A DNA stretch of 64,000 nucleotides, taken from Octopus sinensis (taxonomy: Eukaryota). Below the pieces are notes generated by a model. It had not been told where the DNA came from. It saw nothing but the letters and a program-made list of their open reading frames with translations, and made no database searches. The number at the start of each line of letters is the position of its first letter. The stretch's first letter is position 1. Position numbers and translations under genes: made by a program. Positions 49,735-61,698 of the stretch are shown piece after piece. The stretch covers positions 171,120,001-171,184,000 of the forward strand of contig NC_042998.1 in assembly GCF_006345805.1 (NCBI RefSeq). Reading direction: 5' to 3'.

Positions 49735-50150
49735 TACTTCTTTGTTGCCCAAAAGGGGCTAAACATAGAAGGGAACAAACAAGGACAGACAAGGGGGTAA
49801 GTCGATTATATCGACCCCGGTGCGCAACTAGTACTTAATTTATCGACCCCGAAAGGCTGAAAGGCAAAGTCGACCTCGGCGGAATTTGAACTCAGAACGT
49901 AAAGACAGACGAAATACCTATTTCTTTACTACCCACAAGGGGCCAAACACAGAGGGGACAAACAAGGACAGACAAACGGATTAAGTCAATTGCATCGACC
50001 CCAGTGCGTAACTGGTACTTATTTAATCGACCCCGAAAGGATGAAAGGCAAAGTCGACCTCGGCAGAATTTGAACTCAGAACGTAACGGCAGACGAAATA
50101 CGGCTACGCATTTCACCAAGCGTGCCAACGTTTCTGCCAGCTCGCCGCCT
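49735..50150 (-). mobile_element. Young family A SINE (duplicated body) inserted in the LINE
   Basis: 21-bp TSD TTGATGTAATCAATTGTTACT at 49714-49734 and 50156-50176. Confidence 0.92.
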
Positions 50151-50713
50151 TGATGTTGATGTAATCAATTGTTACTGCCTCCCGTTCAGCTTCTGTAAAG
50201 AATTCTACAGGTTTGCTAACTTGCATGTGCCGTAGGGGTGGGGTGAAGGCAATTTTGAATTGTTCATTCAGTGTTTCGCTTATCCTCATTGAGTTTCCAG
50301 TGAGGGATACGTCCTTTTAGAGGAGTGGTCCTAACCTGCAATGCACAGACGCAGTATCCTTGGGGTAATTGAAGAAGGCTTTAGGGTTTGATTTTATATT
50401 TCTTATGACCCATCTCTGTCTGCTCTTTCCTTCTCATGGGAGCGCTTCAATTTTTTCTCAGTCTCCAGCAGTCCTGTTTTTAGGTGGGAGTTCTCTGTTG
50501 AGGCGGTTTGCAATCTTTGTACGCCGTCTCATAAGAACTTTTCCCTCCTTGGGAATCTTTTTTTTTTTTTTATGTGCAGTGGCCCTTCTCTCTGGGACAA
50601 AAATGTAGCATATGGCTTGCATTATGGACATGAAAATTTTCAATTTCATGTCTATGTCAGGTGTAGAGAGATATTGGGATTGTCTCGTTTGGTGATCTCT
50701 TTCTCAATTGATT

Positions 50714-50751
<38 letters not shown>

Positions 50752-51211
50752 CAAAAGTAGAAGCCTAATTTATATTCCTTGATTGATTTTCACCACGCTT
50801 GTTCGTAAAGGGAGCTCTCTGTGTCTGCCGAAGTCAGTTGACGTCTATCTCTAGCAAAGCTGGTACTCTTCCAGTACCATCATATTATATATATATATTT
50901 CAGTTGATCGCTCGATCAATTTATAAGATTGGACCTTGAACTCAGCCAAACATGTTATTCGAAATAGCCTATAATATATATATAAATGTATAAACCCATT
51001 ATATCTGTCTATCATTCTATAGAAACATACCATCTTAACTGGGTAACAGAACCATGGATTTACAAATTTGACGTATGATGGACTTTGATTTCCCATTACC
51101 TGGAGTACAACACCGATCACAAGACGTTTTTGTTAGTCTGGTCTATTTATCTACAGTGATTACTAATCCGTTACCAATACCTTTTCGTTTTGATGTGTGT
51201 GTGTGGTGTGT

Positions 51212-51272
<61 letters not shown>

Positions 51273-51396
51273 CGTGCGTGTGCGAGTGCGCGCAGCACAC
51301 CCACTCACATACATACACACAAGTAGAGGTGATTCGGCATTGCCTTGATGCCAAAAATGAAGAAACACTTTGTTAAACTTAATTTACTTAAAGTTT

Positions 51397-51840
51397 GGAT
51401 CTTTTCGGTTTGACCGGCAGTTTTTTAAAATAATTTCCACGTAACTAAAAAATTTTAAACTTCGTATACTGGTAGAATGTGTTTATAAAACATCTTTTTC
51501 TCTTGGCTTTATTGGGAAAATTCTATAGTTTGTAAGATATTTGTTGTTGTTTTTTCTTCAATTTCTGCAATTTCAATCAATCAATGACGTCTATTGAGGT
51601 GAAAACTTTCTGTGCCGTATGAATATATCCCTCGTTTAAGAAACAGATTGGGTTTATTTACATTTGTGAAGAAAAAAGATACCCTTCTCCTAACCCAAAC
51701 CCTAACCCTAACTAACCCTAATTCTAACCCTAACCCTAAAACAGATTGAAATGCAATAGATCGATACTAGGATCATAATTATTGGTGACAATTTCATATG
51801 ACACCGCTAGAAAAAACTGCCGTTCAAACCGAAAAGATCC
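51397..51840. mobile_element. GG-ended MITE (Merlin-like) subfamily A, opposite orientation to the 43211 copy
   Basis: TSD TAAAGTTT at 51389-51396 and 51841-51848; CCCTAA tract at about 51690-51738. Confidence 0.9.
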
Positions 51841-52089
51841 TAAAGTTTATTGAATGCTTTCTATTCACAGTTACATATGCACATATTGTATTAGAAATGC
51901 ACATCTAAAGATGAATTTTTAAAGTGTGAAACTTTTGAGACAAAATGTCTATTGATGATTTTAATTATATGGTTTCAGAAAACATAGTCTTTAGGTTTTT
52001 TTTTTTAATATATATTTTCTAACAATCCTACAATTCTTACAATTTCAGCACACAAAATAAGCAATTCGAATAGGAATAAATTTTATTCA

Positions 52090-53330
52090 GTAAGGGTTCA
52101 CAAGGGTAGACAACATATTTTGCTTTGCAGCTTGGCCCTCTGGTGAAAAGATATCAGTTTGGCCCAATACATGAGCATACAAAATAGAACAGATCATGAG
52201 AGAAACATCAGCAACCGTGAGGGACTGTCTCTGAGACTTGTTGATGGTCATAGAAAAGGACAATGTAACTAGAAACCGTAGGCGCTTGAACTGAAATGGC
52301 ATATCTGATAGAGTGAGAGGAATGCGTGGAATGAAAAAAATCTACTCTCGCGTCACAACTCATCGTGATGGTGGTTTCGATTACACAGAGCATACTGTTA
52401 CAGAATCTTGCATCCAAATTTCGTAGTGTTATAATTAGAGTTCCTACTTTCAGTTAAAGATTGTGAAAAAGGACAATAGTGGGCCGGAGAGAAACCTTTT
52501 TTGAATAGTTGGCAGCATCTGTAACGTCACAGCTTTGAAAATCAGTCATGGGCAAACTGCGTTCTTTTGGGGCTTTCTCTTTGGCACGACTAATGGAAAA
52601 TTATCTTTAATTCTTTAGTAGTGCGGTCCGTCTGACGATGAGCCATGTCTCACGCGGCCTGTATCTCGAAAAAGGCTGCCATACATGGCATAAACTAACT
52701 TGTACCATCTGGATCGAACTAGTACCTGTTAAATGATGGTGGCATACATATCCTTAAACTGTCATTTTTGGGAGCTAGGATGGCAAGTTCACACAGTTTC
52801 TCATGTTTGCTATTATTTTGAGATAGACTGGAATAAACTTTCGATAGCATTTCATGAAATCTATTGATTGTTCCACAACTTTTTGTTATTTTGATATTTC
52901 CAACTTCAGTATCAACTTGCAACTGACTCGTGGCCTTAATTGAAGCAAGACTTTTGCGAATTGGGTCACTGAGTTATCTATGTAATTGTGACACTTATGT
53001 TGGTAGATAAAGATTTGCCTCAAATAAGATATTTCCAACTTCAGTATCAACCTGCAACTACACTTGGCCTTGAAGCAAGACTTTTTGCAAATTGGGTCGC
53101 TGAGTTATCTATATGATTGTGACATTTATGTTGGTTGATGAAGATTTGCCTTCTGTCTTCAAATAAAGGATTCTTTGAAGCATGTTCTCTATAAATATTT
53201 GGTTTTCTGGACAATTATATCTGTAAAACATCAAGCATTTATTGAACGTCAAACATTTATTGAATACTTTTAAGCAGAGTTATCAAGAAGAAACATGACT
53301 GAGGTTTCGAAGTTTTGTGGATTATGGCTT
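52090..53330 (-). mobile_element. Helitron PIF1-helicase C-terminal remnant
   Basis: LSKVYSSLSQNNSKHEKLCELAILAPKND and MPFQFKRLRFLVTLSFSMTINKSQRQSL. Confidence 0.8.
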
Positions 53331-53542
53331 CATCACGCTAAATCGTTGTTTTTTTCAAAGTTTTGTAGATTTTCTTTCATCTTGTGGGTGGGTGTTAGTG
53401 GTAGCGCAGTAAGTGTAGTTTTAATAGTGTATATTTGTGACGTATAAATAGTAACTTTATGGAATGTTTCAAAGAGTGAAGAAAAATAAGGAGTTTAATT
53501 AATATATTAAATTATAAACATGCATGCCTGTAAATGTATGCG

Positions 53543-53544
<2 letters not shown>

Positions 53545-53620
<76 letters not shown>
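53545..53620. repeat. (TATC)n microsatellite
   Basis: Directly visible. Confidence 0.97.
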
Positions 53621-54045
53621 CGAATATGTACGTGTGTATGAGGGCGTGAGAGAGAGACAGACAGGGAGGAAGACAGAGGGGGAGAAAGAAAGAGAGAGAA
53701 ATAGAGAAAGGAAGTGAGAGAGAAAAACGAGATTTTAAACAAAAATCGAGGAACAAAGAAACGATTATGGCGTGCGAAACAGACAATATTTCTGTACTTG
53801 ACACTTTTATTTTACTTCTTTATTACGACTTTCAGTATACCTGTTTCACCTTTCTTGTCTCATTCCTGTTTTATTCCAAGGAGACTTTACAGCCAGATTA
53901 TTTTGGGGTTACACATTATTCTAGGTTGTGCCTGAAACTTTCCGATAAAACTTGGTAATGATTTGTAGATTTGGCTGCTATTTCCAGCGTGGCGGTATCT
54001 CTTAGATACCCTAAATTATAATTTTAATAATATATATACATACAA

Positions 54046-54078
<33 letters not shown>

Positions 54079-54165
54079 CTTCTTCCCTTCTTTCCTGAGC
54101 GTCCAATAATACTTTATTTGTTCCACATCCTTGCGTTGTTGTCTTTTTGTTTTCTGTTTGGATTA

Positions 54166-54169
<4 letters not shown>

Positions 54170-54226
<57 letters not shown>

Positions 54227-54230
54227 TTAT

Positions 54231-54324
<94 letters not shown>

Positions 54325-54352
54325 TATACATACATATATACATATATATATA
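54170..54352. repeat. (TA)n array
   Basis: Directly visible. Confidence 0.97.
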
Positions 54353-54763
54353 TAACTTCCACCATGGGTCATCACAATTGCTTAAGGTAAAAATGAACTC
54401 CTCGCTCTTTCGGAAACATCAATCTTCTGTATTGACCGCTTTCCACCACTTTGATCTGTTTTTTGTATTGAATACGTATCGCCACCGTGGGCCACTGCAT
54501 CGAACACTTTGAACATATACTTCAAACTATATATCAACTATACATGAACTATATATCAACTATACATGAACTCTAAGATGTCTGACTCCGTTGTGTATTA
54601 TAAATGAATTTCTTGTGTTTGACGGCATGAGCTGTCTTTTTTTATATATAACTTTTTTAGATAAGGTTCATTTCAGGAACTGAAACATGTTATAATGTAT
54701 ATATAAAAATTAAAAATTGTATAATACAGCAGCATTTTCGAACTTCATTTTTTACAAATATAT

Positions 54764-54827
<64 letters not shown>

Positions 54828-56184
54828 CATATTTATATACAGAGCTGGGTGTAAGTCTGTTAATCCGATAATTGTTAATTAACGAAGTTAACGCTTTCGT
54901 TAACAATTTAACTTTTAAGTTAACTTTAACAATCATTATCGGACTTATTAATTTCCGTTACATTTAGCTTCCGTTAACTCAAGCCCGTTAACCCAAAGAT
55001 TTTATAAAAACCGGTAAACCTTTCAAATGCCAAAAAAGCTGATCTTATAGTTTTGGCACTTTTTAACCCTGTAGTGTTTAAACCGGCCAAAACCCGTATC
55101 TAATTCCTCTACAAAATCTTTTCTAAAAATAAACAAATCACGTTTGTGAATTGTCGTAGCTTTGAGATAATGTGAGGGCATTTCGTCTAGAAAGCACTGA
55201 ACTGGCTTTCCTTCCAGAAAGTATAGAACTGGGAGAACTGGGAGTAATGCAAAATTAACTGAGGTGGATGTCAACAGAGAAAATATTGACTTCCCTATTG
55301 ACTTCCAGTGGGAAAAATAAATAGAAGGAAAGAAGTTGGTAAATATTTGTGTGAACGCAAGACCAAAATTAATTTGTGTGGCCTGCTAGGCCAAACAATT
55401 AAATTTTGGTCGAATGTTTCCTTTTCTGGTAAAAGGAGCCGTTTACGCTTGATTTCGATATCACATTCGTTGGAAAGCATGCAAAATAACCGGGAAAAGA
55501 AAAGAAGACCCGCGAAACAAAACTCCCTTGGTGGGAAACTTCGAGGCCCCCACCACCCCTCTCACCTTTCTTTTCCGGAAAAAGTGACTTGCGGCGGGTT
55601 TGGAGGTCAGATACGTTGAATGCACACGAAAAAAAAAAAAAACTGTGGAAAAAAAAAATGATTCCACACCAAGGTACAAAATATTTACCGAAAGAATAAA
55701 ATCTTGTACCGATTATACCTGTATTTTAATTAATTCAAATTAATGTACCTCATCTTGAAAAGTGGCAAAACATTGGTCGGTTGCCATCAAGGAATAATTT
55801 TAGTAACAAAAGAAACGGGCAAGATGCATTAAGAATTTCAATTTTAGTGTTTATCCATAATATTATTGCTTTTACACCTGTTGATTAAATTTACCAGCCC
55901 ATAAAAGTAAAATTTACTCAGCAAGATCTAAAGTTACAAAACTATAAACCAGGGGTATATAAAGCACCCACTGATAAAATTTCAAATCTGGATGTAAAAA
56001 ACTTTGTAAAGTTACAAGCAAATATTGTGAACAATCCTCTTGAACCTGAATAAGTAAAAATAACGTGAACAAATAAGCATTACATTTGACAGATTAATAT
56101 GAACACTAAAGATGCTTTTAGGTGACTTTCTGCATCAAATTTTGCCGAAAGCTTAGCGATACCTGCTCAGAAGCCTACAAAAAG

Positions 56185-56798
56185 TTTTCAAAAAGTTTCC
56201 ATCGTTCTCGACACAATCAAGGAGAGCTTGTGCAACTAACACCCAAGTGTCCTTTTGGTCAGCTGAAAGAAGTTTTGACATTAACTTTGCAGACACGCGT
56301 CTCATACCCAAATCTTCAATGATAATGGACTGAACTGTAACTAATCCGCACATCCTCTGATAACTCACGAATAGTGATTCGATGATTTCCCCTCACAACA
56401 GCACGCACATCTGCGATGTTTTTCTCACTTCTGCTGGTTGCGAGTTTCTGAGAACTTTCGTCAATATCGACATTTTTTTCGGCCATCTTGGAAACGTCTG
56501 AATCACTCGTACATTTGTGTGCGGCCCATACACTCCTCTCCATACACTTTCTGCAACACTACGTAAGCCTCTGAGCAGGTATTGCCATGACAACTTTCTC
56601 TGCCATGCTCAATGCGACGATCACACGCTACACAAGCACTGCCTTCCAAGCACTAAACAGCGGAAGCGAGCTAGAACGTTAAAACTTAATGCGCATGCAC
56701 AGCAGAGTTCAAGGCCAATGTTTGCCGAGCGACTTCACTATGTATGCTTTAGCTTCGTTACTATGGCAACAGTCCGGATACTTATTGATCAGACTTCG
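56185..56798 (-). mobile_element. Mariner 5' end and N-terminal transposase remnant
   Basis: TIR-like TACGAAGTCTGATCAATAAGTATCCGGACTG; RITIRELSEDVRISYSSV / DLGMRRVSAKLMSKLLSADQK..AQALLDCVENDGNFLK. Confidence 0.85.
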
Positions 56799-57244
56799 TA
56801 TATATATATGTGTGTGTGTTTTTGTGTGTGTGTCTATGTATGTATGTATGTATGTATGTATGTATGTATGTATGTATGTATGTATGTATGTATATATATA
56901 TAAATGCTCACATGCACACATAAACTCACAATCACACACACACACACTCGCGCGCGCGCAGCACGCTGTTTCATCAGAAGCAGCTTTCAAATTCTAATTA
57001 GAATAGCTGGGATTGGACATAGAAGGTGGGTGGGATACAGTTGTATTCTGAATAGGCGGAGTCAAAATTCAACAAATAGCTATGGTTTCAGCTGAATCCA
57101 TGATGAAAAGAAGTAAGGGTGAGGTTGTTAGTGCTAAATATAGGTTACAATGTTGAAAGTGAATGAGTGACAACAAATTCGAGGAACATTTGCAAAGACA
57201 TTTTTAATCTGTTCTTTTCGATTTGAACTATCTTTTTTCTTTTA

Positions 57245-57660
57245 TTCTTTTACTTGTTCCAGTCATTTGACTGCGGCCATGCTGGAGTACCGCCTTTAGT
57301 CGATCAAATCGACCCCGGGACTTATTTTTTCTAAGCCCAGTACTTATTCTATCGGTCTCTTTTGCCGAACCGCTAAGTGACGGGGACGTAAACACACCAG
57401 CATCGGTTGTTAAGCAATGCTAGGGGGACAAACACAGACATAGCAACACACACACACATACACACACATATATATATATACACATATACATATATACGAC
57501 AGGCTTCTTTCAGTTTCCGTCTACCAAATCCACACACAAGGCATTGGTCGGCCCGGGGCTATAGCAGAAGACACTTGCCCAAGATGCCACGTAGTGGGAC
57601 TGAACCCGGAACCATGTGGTTGGTTAGCAAGCTACTTACCACACAGCCACTCCTGCGCCT
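57245..57660 (-). mobile_element. Family B SINE, full length
   Basis: aggcgcaggagtggctgtgtggtaag head on minus through the tail. Confidence 0.92.
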
Positions 57661-57919
57661 ATCTGTTATAATTTCAAAGAAAATTGTTTTCGTGTCACTT
57701 ATGAGAATCACATCAATTTTTGAGGAAATTAATAATAAAAAATAAAATAATAAAAAATAAAAATAATAATAAAATATAAATCTTTAACGACTGAAATTTT
57801 TTAAAATTTTAGCGAATCAGATTTATTATTTCTTGATATCCTTTTCAGCAGACAATGTTATTTGTATATGTTACCATGTCAATGAATTGGAAGCTAGTAT
57901 CAGGCTACGGCTTATGGTA

Positions 57920-58025
57920 TAGGGTTTGGGGTTAGAGTTTAGGGTAAGGATTTAGAGTCTGGGCTTAGGGTTTAGGATTATTGCTTACGGTTAGGGTTTA
58001 AGATTAGAGTTTAGAAACAGGGTTT
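57920..58025 (+). repeat. Degenerate TTAGGG-like tract
   Basis: tagggtttggggttagagttttagggtaagg...ttagggttaag. Confidence 0.7.
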
Positions 58026-58567
58026 GGGATTAATGCATCGCAAAATTTCATTGCACACGTTAATTTGTGGTTTCTTTCATTAAATATATCTTTTAATCTT
58101 TAATCATTTAGTGGCGTTTTTAATAACTCCCCCCCTCCCCCAAAAGAAAAAATTTGCAATTTTCTTTTCATCACATATTGGAAACTGGAAACAACCGTGC
58201 CTTGAAAAAAAGCATGATGCTTGCCATAACATTGCGACGGCACGAAGCGAAATGGTTGGTTCTTATTCGCAGAAATTACAAAAGAAATTTTTAATATTCA
58301 AAGGTTTGTAATTTTATTGTTATTATTAATTTCTCAGATTTCCGCCGAGGTCGACTTTTCCTTTCATCCTTTCGGAGTCGATAAAATAAGTACTAGTTGA
58401 ATACTGGGGTCAATGTAATCGACTTGGCCCCTGTCCCCGAAATTGCTGGCCTTGTGCCAAAATTTGAAAAGATTATTAGGAAAGACTTCCTCCCCCACAC
58501 CATTTCCTCGCAAATTATTACTAAAATTTTTTTTTTGCTAAAAACTCACGTTTTTCACTATTTTACG

Positions 58568-58628
58568 TAACCCTAACCCTAAAACTCTAAGCCTAACCTT
58601 AAAACTCTAACCCTAACCCTAAACCTAA
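58568..58628 (-). repeat. Degenerate CCCTAA tract
   Basis: taaccctaaccctaaaactctaagcctaaccttaaaactctaaccctaaccctaa. Confidence 0.8.
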
Positions 58629-58699
58629 GTAGAAAATTTTTTGAAATTTGTTACTCTATACTGTATTACTATATATAGCCTAGAACGAATTACAATTTC

Positions 58700-59122
58700 G
58701 GATCTTTTCGGTTTGAACGGCAGTTTTTTCTAGCGGTGTCATATGAAATTGTCACCCATAATTATGACCCTAGTATCGATCTATTGCATTTCAATCTGTT
58801 TTAGGGTCAGGGTTAGGGGTGGGGGGAAGGGTATCTTTTTTTTCTTCAGAAATGTAAATAAACCCAATCTGTTTCTTAAACGAGGGACATATTCATACGG
58901 CACAGAATGTTTTCACCTCAATAGACGTCATAGATTGGTTGAAATTGCAGAAATTGAAGAAAAAAAAAAATAACAACAAATATCTTACAAACTATAGAAT
59001 TTTCTCAATAAAGCCAAGAGAAAAAATGTTTTATAAACACATTCTACCAGTATACGAAGTTTAAAAGTGCTTAGTTACATGAAAATTATTTTTAAAAACT
59101 GCCGTTCAAACCAAAATGATCC
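58700..59122. mobile_element. GG-ended MITE (Merlin-like) subfamily A
   Basis: TSD ACAATTTC at 58692-58699 and 59123-59130. Confidence 0.9.
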
Positions 59123-60127
59123 ACAATTTCATTACTTTGATACAATATTACACATATGCAGGCAATTTGCAATGATACAGTATAATGTCGAATTTATTAA
59201 AATATTAATTTTGTACTGAGTAGATTGAATCTATATATTCTTCAGTATTTATGTTGCTCAGCACTGTATCCAAGCAAGAATTTTGTAGCCTTCAAAAACT
59301 GTACCACAGTAAACTGAGTCGTCTGTTTGTCAGTAATATCTTGAAAACAAGCATGAACGTAACAACATCTGTTTCTTCTCTGCTTGACATGTACTCCGAG
59401 GAAAGAATATACAGTAAAAACAAAATCTCCTTAGAGAGACATAATAAATAAACTAATTTTCCTTTGTGTTAAGGCGAGGATAATTCGGACAAGCGGTTGT
59501 GGGCGTACTTTAAACATTTTGGAATAAAAGTGAATTGTGCTAGAAGGGTAAGTGAATAGTGAATAAGTGACTGGCCCTGTAATATGGATGGAAATTAACC
59601 AATCGGCCTTGACTTCATTTTTTTTGGGCATGTGTGTGTAGGTATGTACGAGTGCATTAACTTATGTGTGTGTTTATAGTTGTGGAAGAACTGAATTGTG
59701 TTGAGAAGGAAGGGAAAAAGAAAGAGCTCGACGGCCTTGTAACGTGGATGGAAAGCGACTGATAAGCCTTGACTTCTTTTATTCTATGCATATATGTAGG
59801 TATGAATGCATAAGTCACGTATTTATTTATGTGTATGTGTCTGTAGTTATGTAAGTATGCTTGTATAAACTTTGAACTTTTATGTGAACTGCCTGTTGAG
59901 ACACACCCAAATATAATATTCCTTGTTAAAGTACTTTTATAAAATATCTGGTCTTAATGTTCACAATGTGTTCAAAATCAAGATTTGAGTGAACAGAATA
60001 ACCGTCAAATGGGATTTGAATATATGTTCTCTTATAAATACTGTTTGGCATGCATGTTTTGTTTCTCTTTTATATTTATTAATATTCTTTCTAGAAATAA
60101 AGAGCTGGTTTCTATCAAGGAAACAAA

Positions 60128-60516
60128 GGATCTTTTCGGTTTGAACGGCAGTTTTTAACATAATTTCTAGGTAACTAAAAAATTTTAAACTTCGTATACT
60201 GGTAGAATGTGTTTATAAAACATCTTTTTCTCTTGGCTTTATTGAGAAAATTCTATAGTTTGCAAGATATTTGTTGTTTTTTTTCTTCAATTTCTGCAAT
60301 TTCAACCAATGAATGGCGGCTATTGAGGTGAAAACATTCTGTGCCGTATGAATATGTCCCTCGTTTAAGAAACAGATTGGGTTTATTTACATTTATGAAG
60401 AAAAAAAGATACCCTTCCCCCCACCACTAACCCTAATCGATACTAGGGTCATAATTATGGGTGACAATTTCATATGACACCGCTAGAAAAACATGCCGTT
60501 CAAACCGAAAAGATAC
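60128..60516. mobile_element. GG-ended MITE (Merlin-like) subfamily A with a small internal deletion
   Basis: TSD GAAACAAA at 60120-60127 and 60517-60524. Confidence 0.88.
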
Positions 60517-60824
60517 GAAACAAAACCTCCATTATTTGGAGTTTAGATAAGAGTAACAAAAACTGTTACATATTGAACTTTAAGAAGGTCTTGCATATTT
60601 TTACTGTTCCACATGTAGATTGCATGTATTGTAAAGTTCGTGTTAGCCGGTCTCTTTCTTTACTTGAAAATTCTAGTGTCTCCAGACTGTGACTTTGACA
60701 TTTTCTAGCATAAATGATTATTGGTATAAAGGGAAATTTATAATCAGGGTAGAAGACTTTCACAACAGAAGAATGACATGATCGACAGTTGTAATTGCAT
60801 TTTGAGATTTTGAGGGCTTCGCTG

Positions 60825-61548
60825 GGATCTTTACCTTTTGACGTACAGATTTATAAAATAATTTTTTTGTAACTAAACACTTTCAAACTTCAGACACTGG
60901 TAGAATGTGTCATATAAAAACATCTTTTACTTTTAGCATTTTTGAGAAAAACTTATATTTACGAAGTTATTTCACCTTAAAGTTCTCGTATTTCGGTAAT
61001 TTCAACCAATCAATGATGTGTATTCAACTGAATAAAATTACTGCCGTTGTTTGTCAACAATAACTATCGGCGGTGTATTTTTCGTTTGTCACTGTTATTT
61101 ATGACATCGTTCGTGCGTTTGTACTGGTTTTAGCTTTAAGGTTTTAGGGTTAGGGTTATGATTTTAGGGTTAGAGTTATGGTTTTAGGGTTAGGGTTATG
61201 GTTTTAGGGTTATGGTTTTAGGGTTATGGTTTTAGGGTTATGGTTTTAGGGTTAGGGTTAGGGTTAGTGTTAGGGTTAGGGTTAGGATTAGGGTTTTAGT
61301 GTTAGGGTTGGGGTTGTCATAAATAACAGTGACAAACAAAAAATACACCGCCGGAAGTTCTTGTTGACAAACAACGGCAGTAATTTTATTCAGCTGATTA
61401 GCTGAAGTTACCGAAATAGGCCTACTTTAACGTGAAATTATTTCATAAATATAAGTTTTTCTCAAAAATGCTAAGAGTAAGACATGTTTTATATGACACA
61501 TTCTACTAGTGTCCGAAGTTTGAAAGTGTCTAGTTACAAAAAAGATCC
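60825..61548. mobile_element. GG-ended MITE (Merlin-like) subfamily C with long TIRs around a telomere-like core of about 190 bp
   Basis: TSD CTTCGCTG at 60817-60824 and 61549-61556; TTAGGG-variant tract at about 61130-61315. Confidence 0.88.
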
Positions 61549-61698
61549 CTTCGCTGTCCTGTTTGTTCCCTTGCCATTGGATTGCAAAAACGTAACCTTC
61601 GAGATGTTACGCTATGTAGCGGTCATTAGTTCAGAGAAGCCACACTTCGTGTTAATGCCGTCATCATCTTCTAGTTTACAGGCAACATACTCATTGGG

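Larger units (their letters stand above)
48050..50700 (-). pseudogene. Degenerate CR1/Jockey-group LINE ORF2 (RT) with nested insertions
   Basis: HGFRPGRNCQAQLL, IYLDFEEAFDKVDH, SGVPYGTALGSLLF, SYATDTK, FVLSRLDYCSQLWSP; multiple stops and frameshifts. Confidence 0.88.

Noticed and set aside
59595-59855. Two diverged direct repeats about 165 bp apart (gccttgacttc..gtaggtatg..)
   Set aside because: Similarity is largely simple TG/TA-rich sequence; no structure or ends definable
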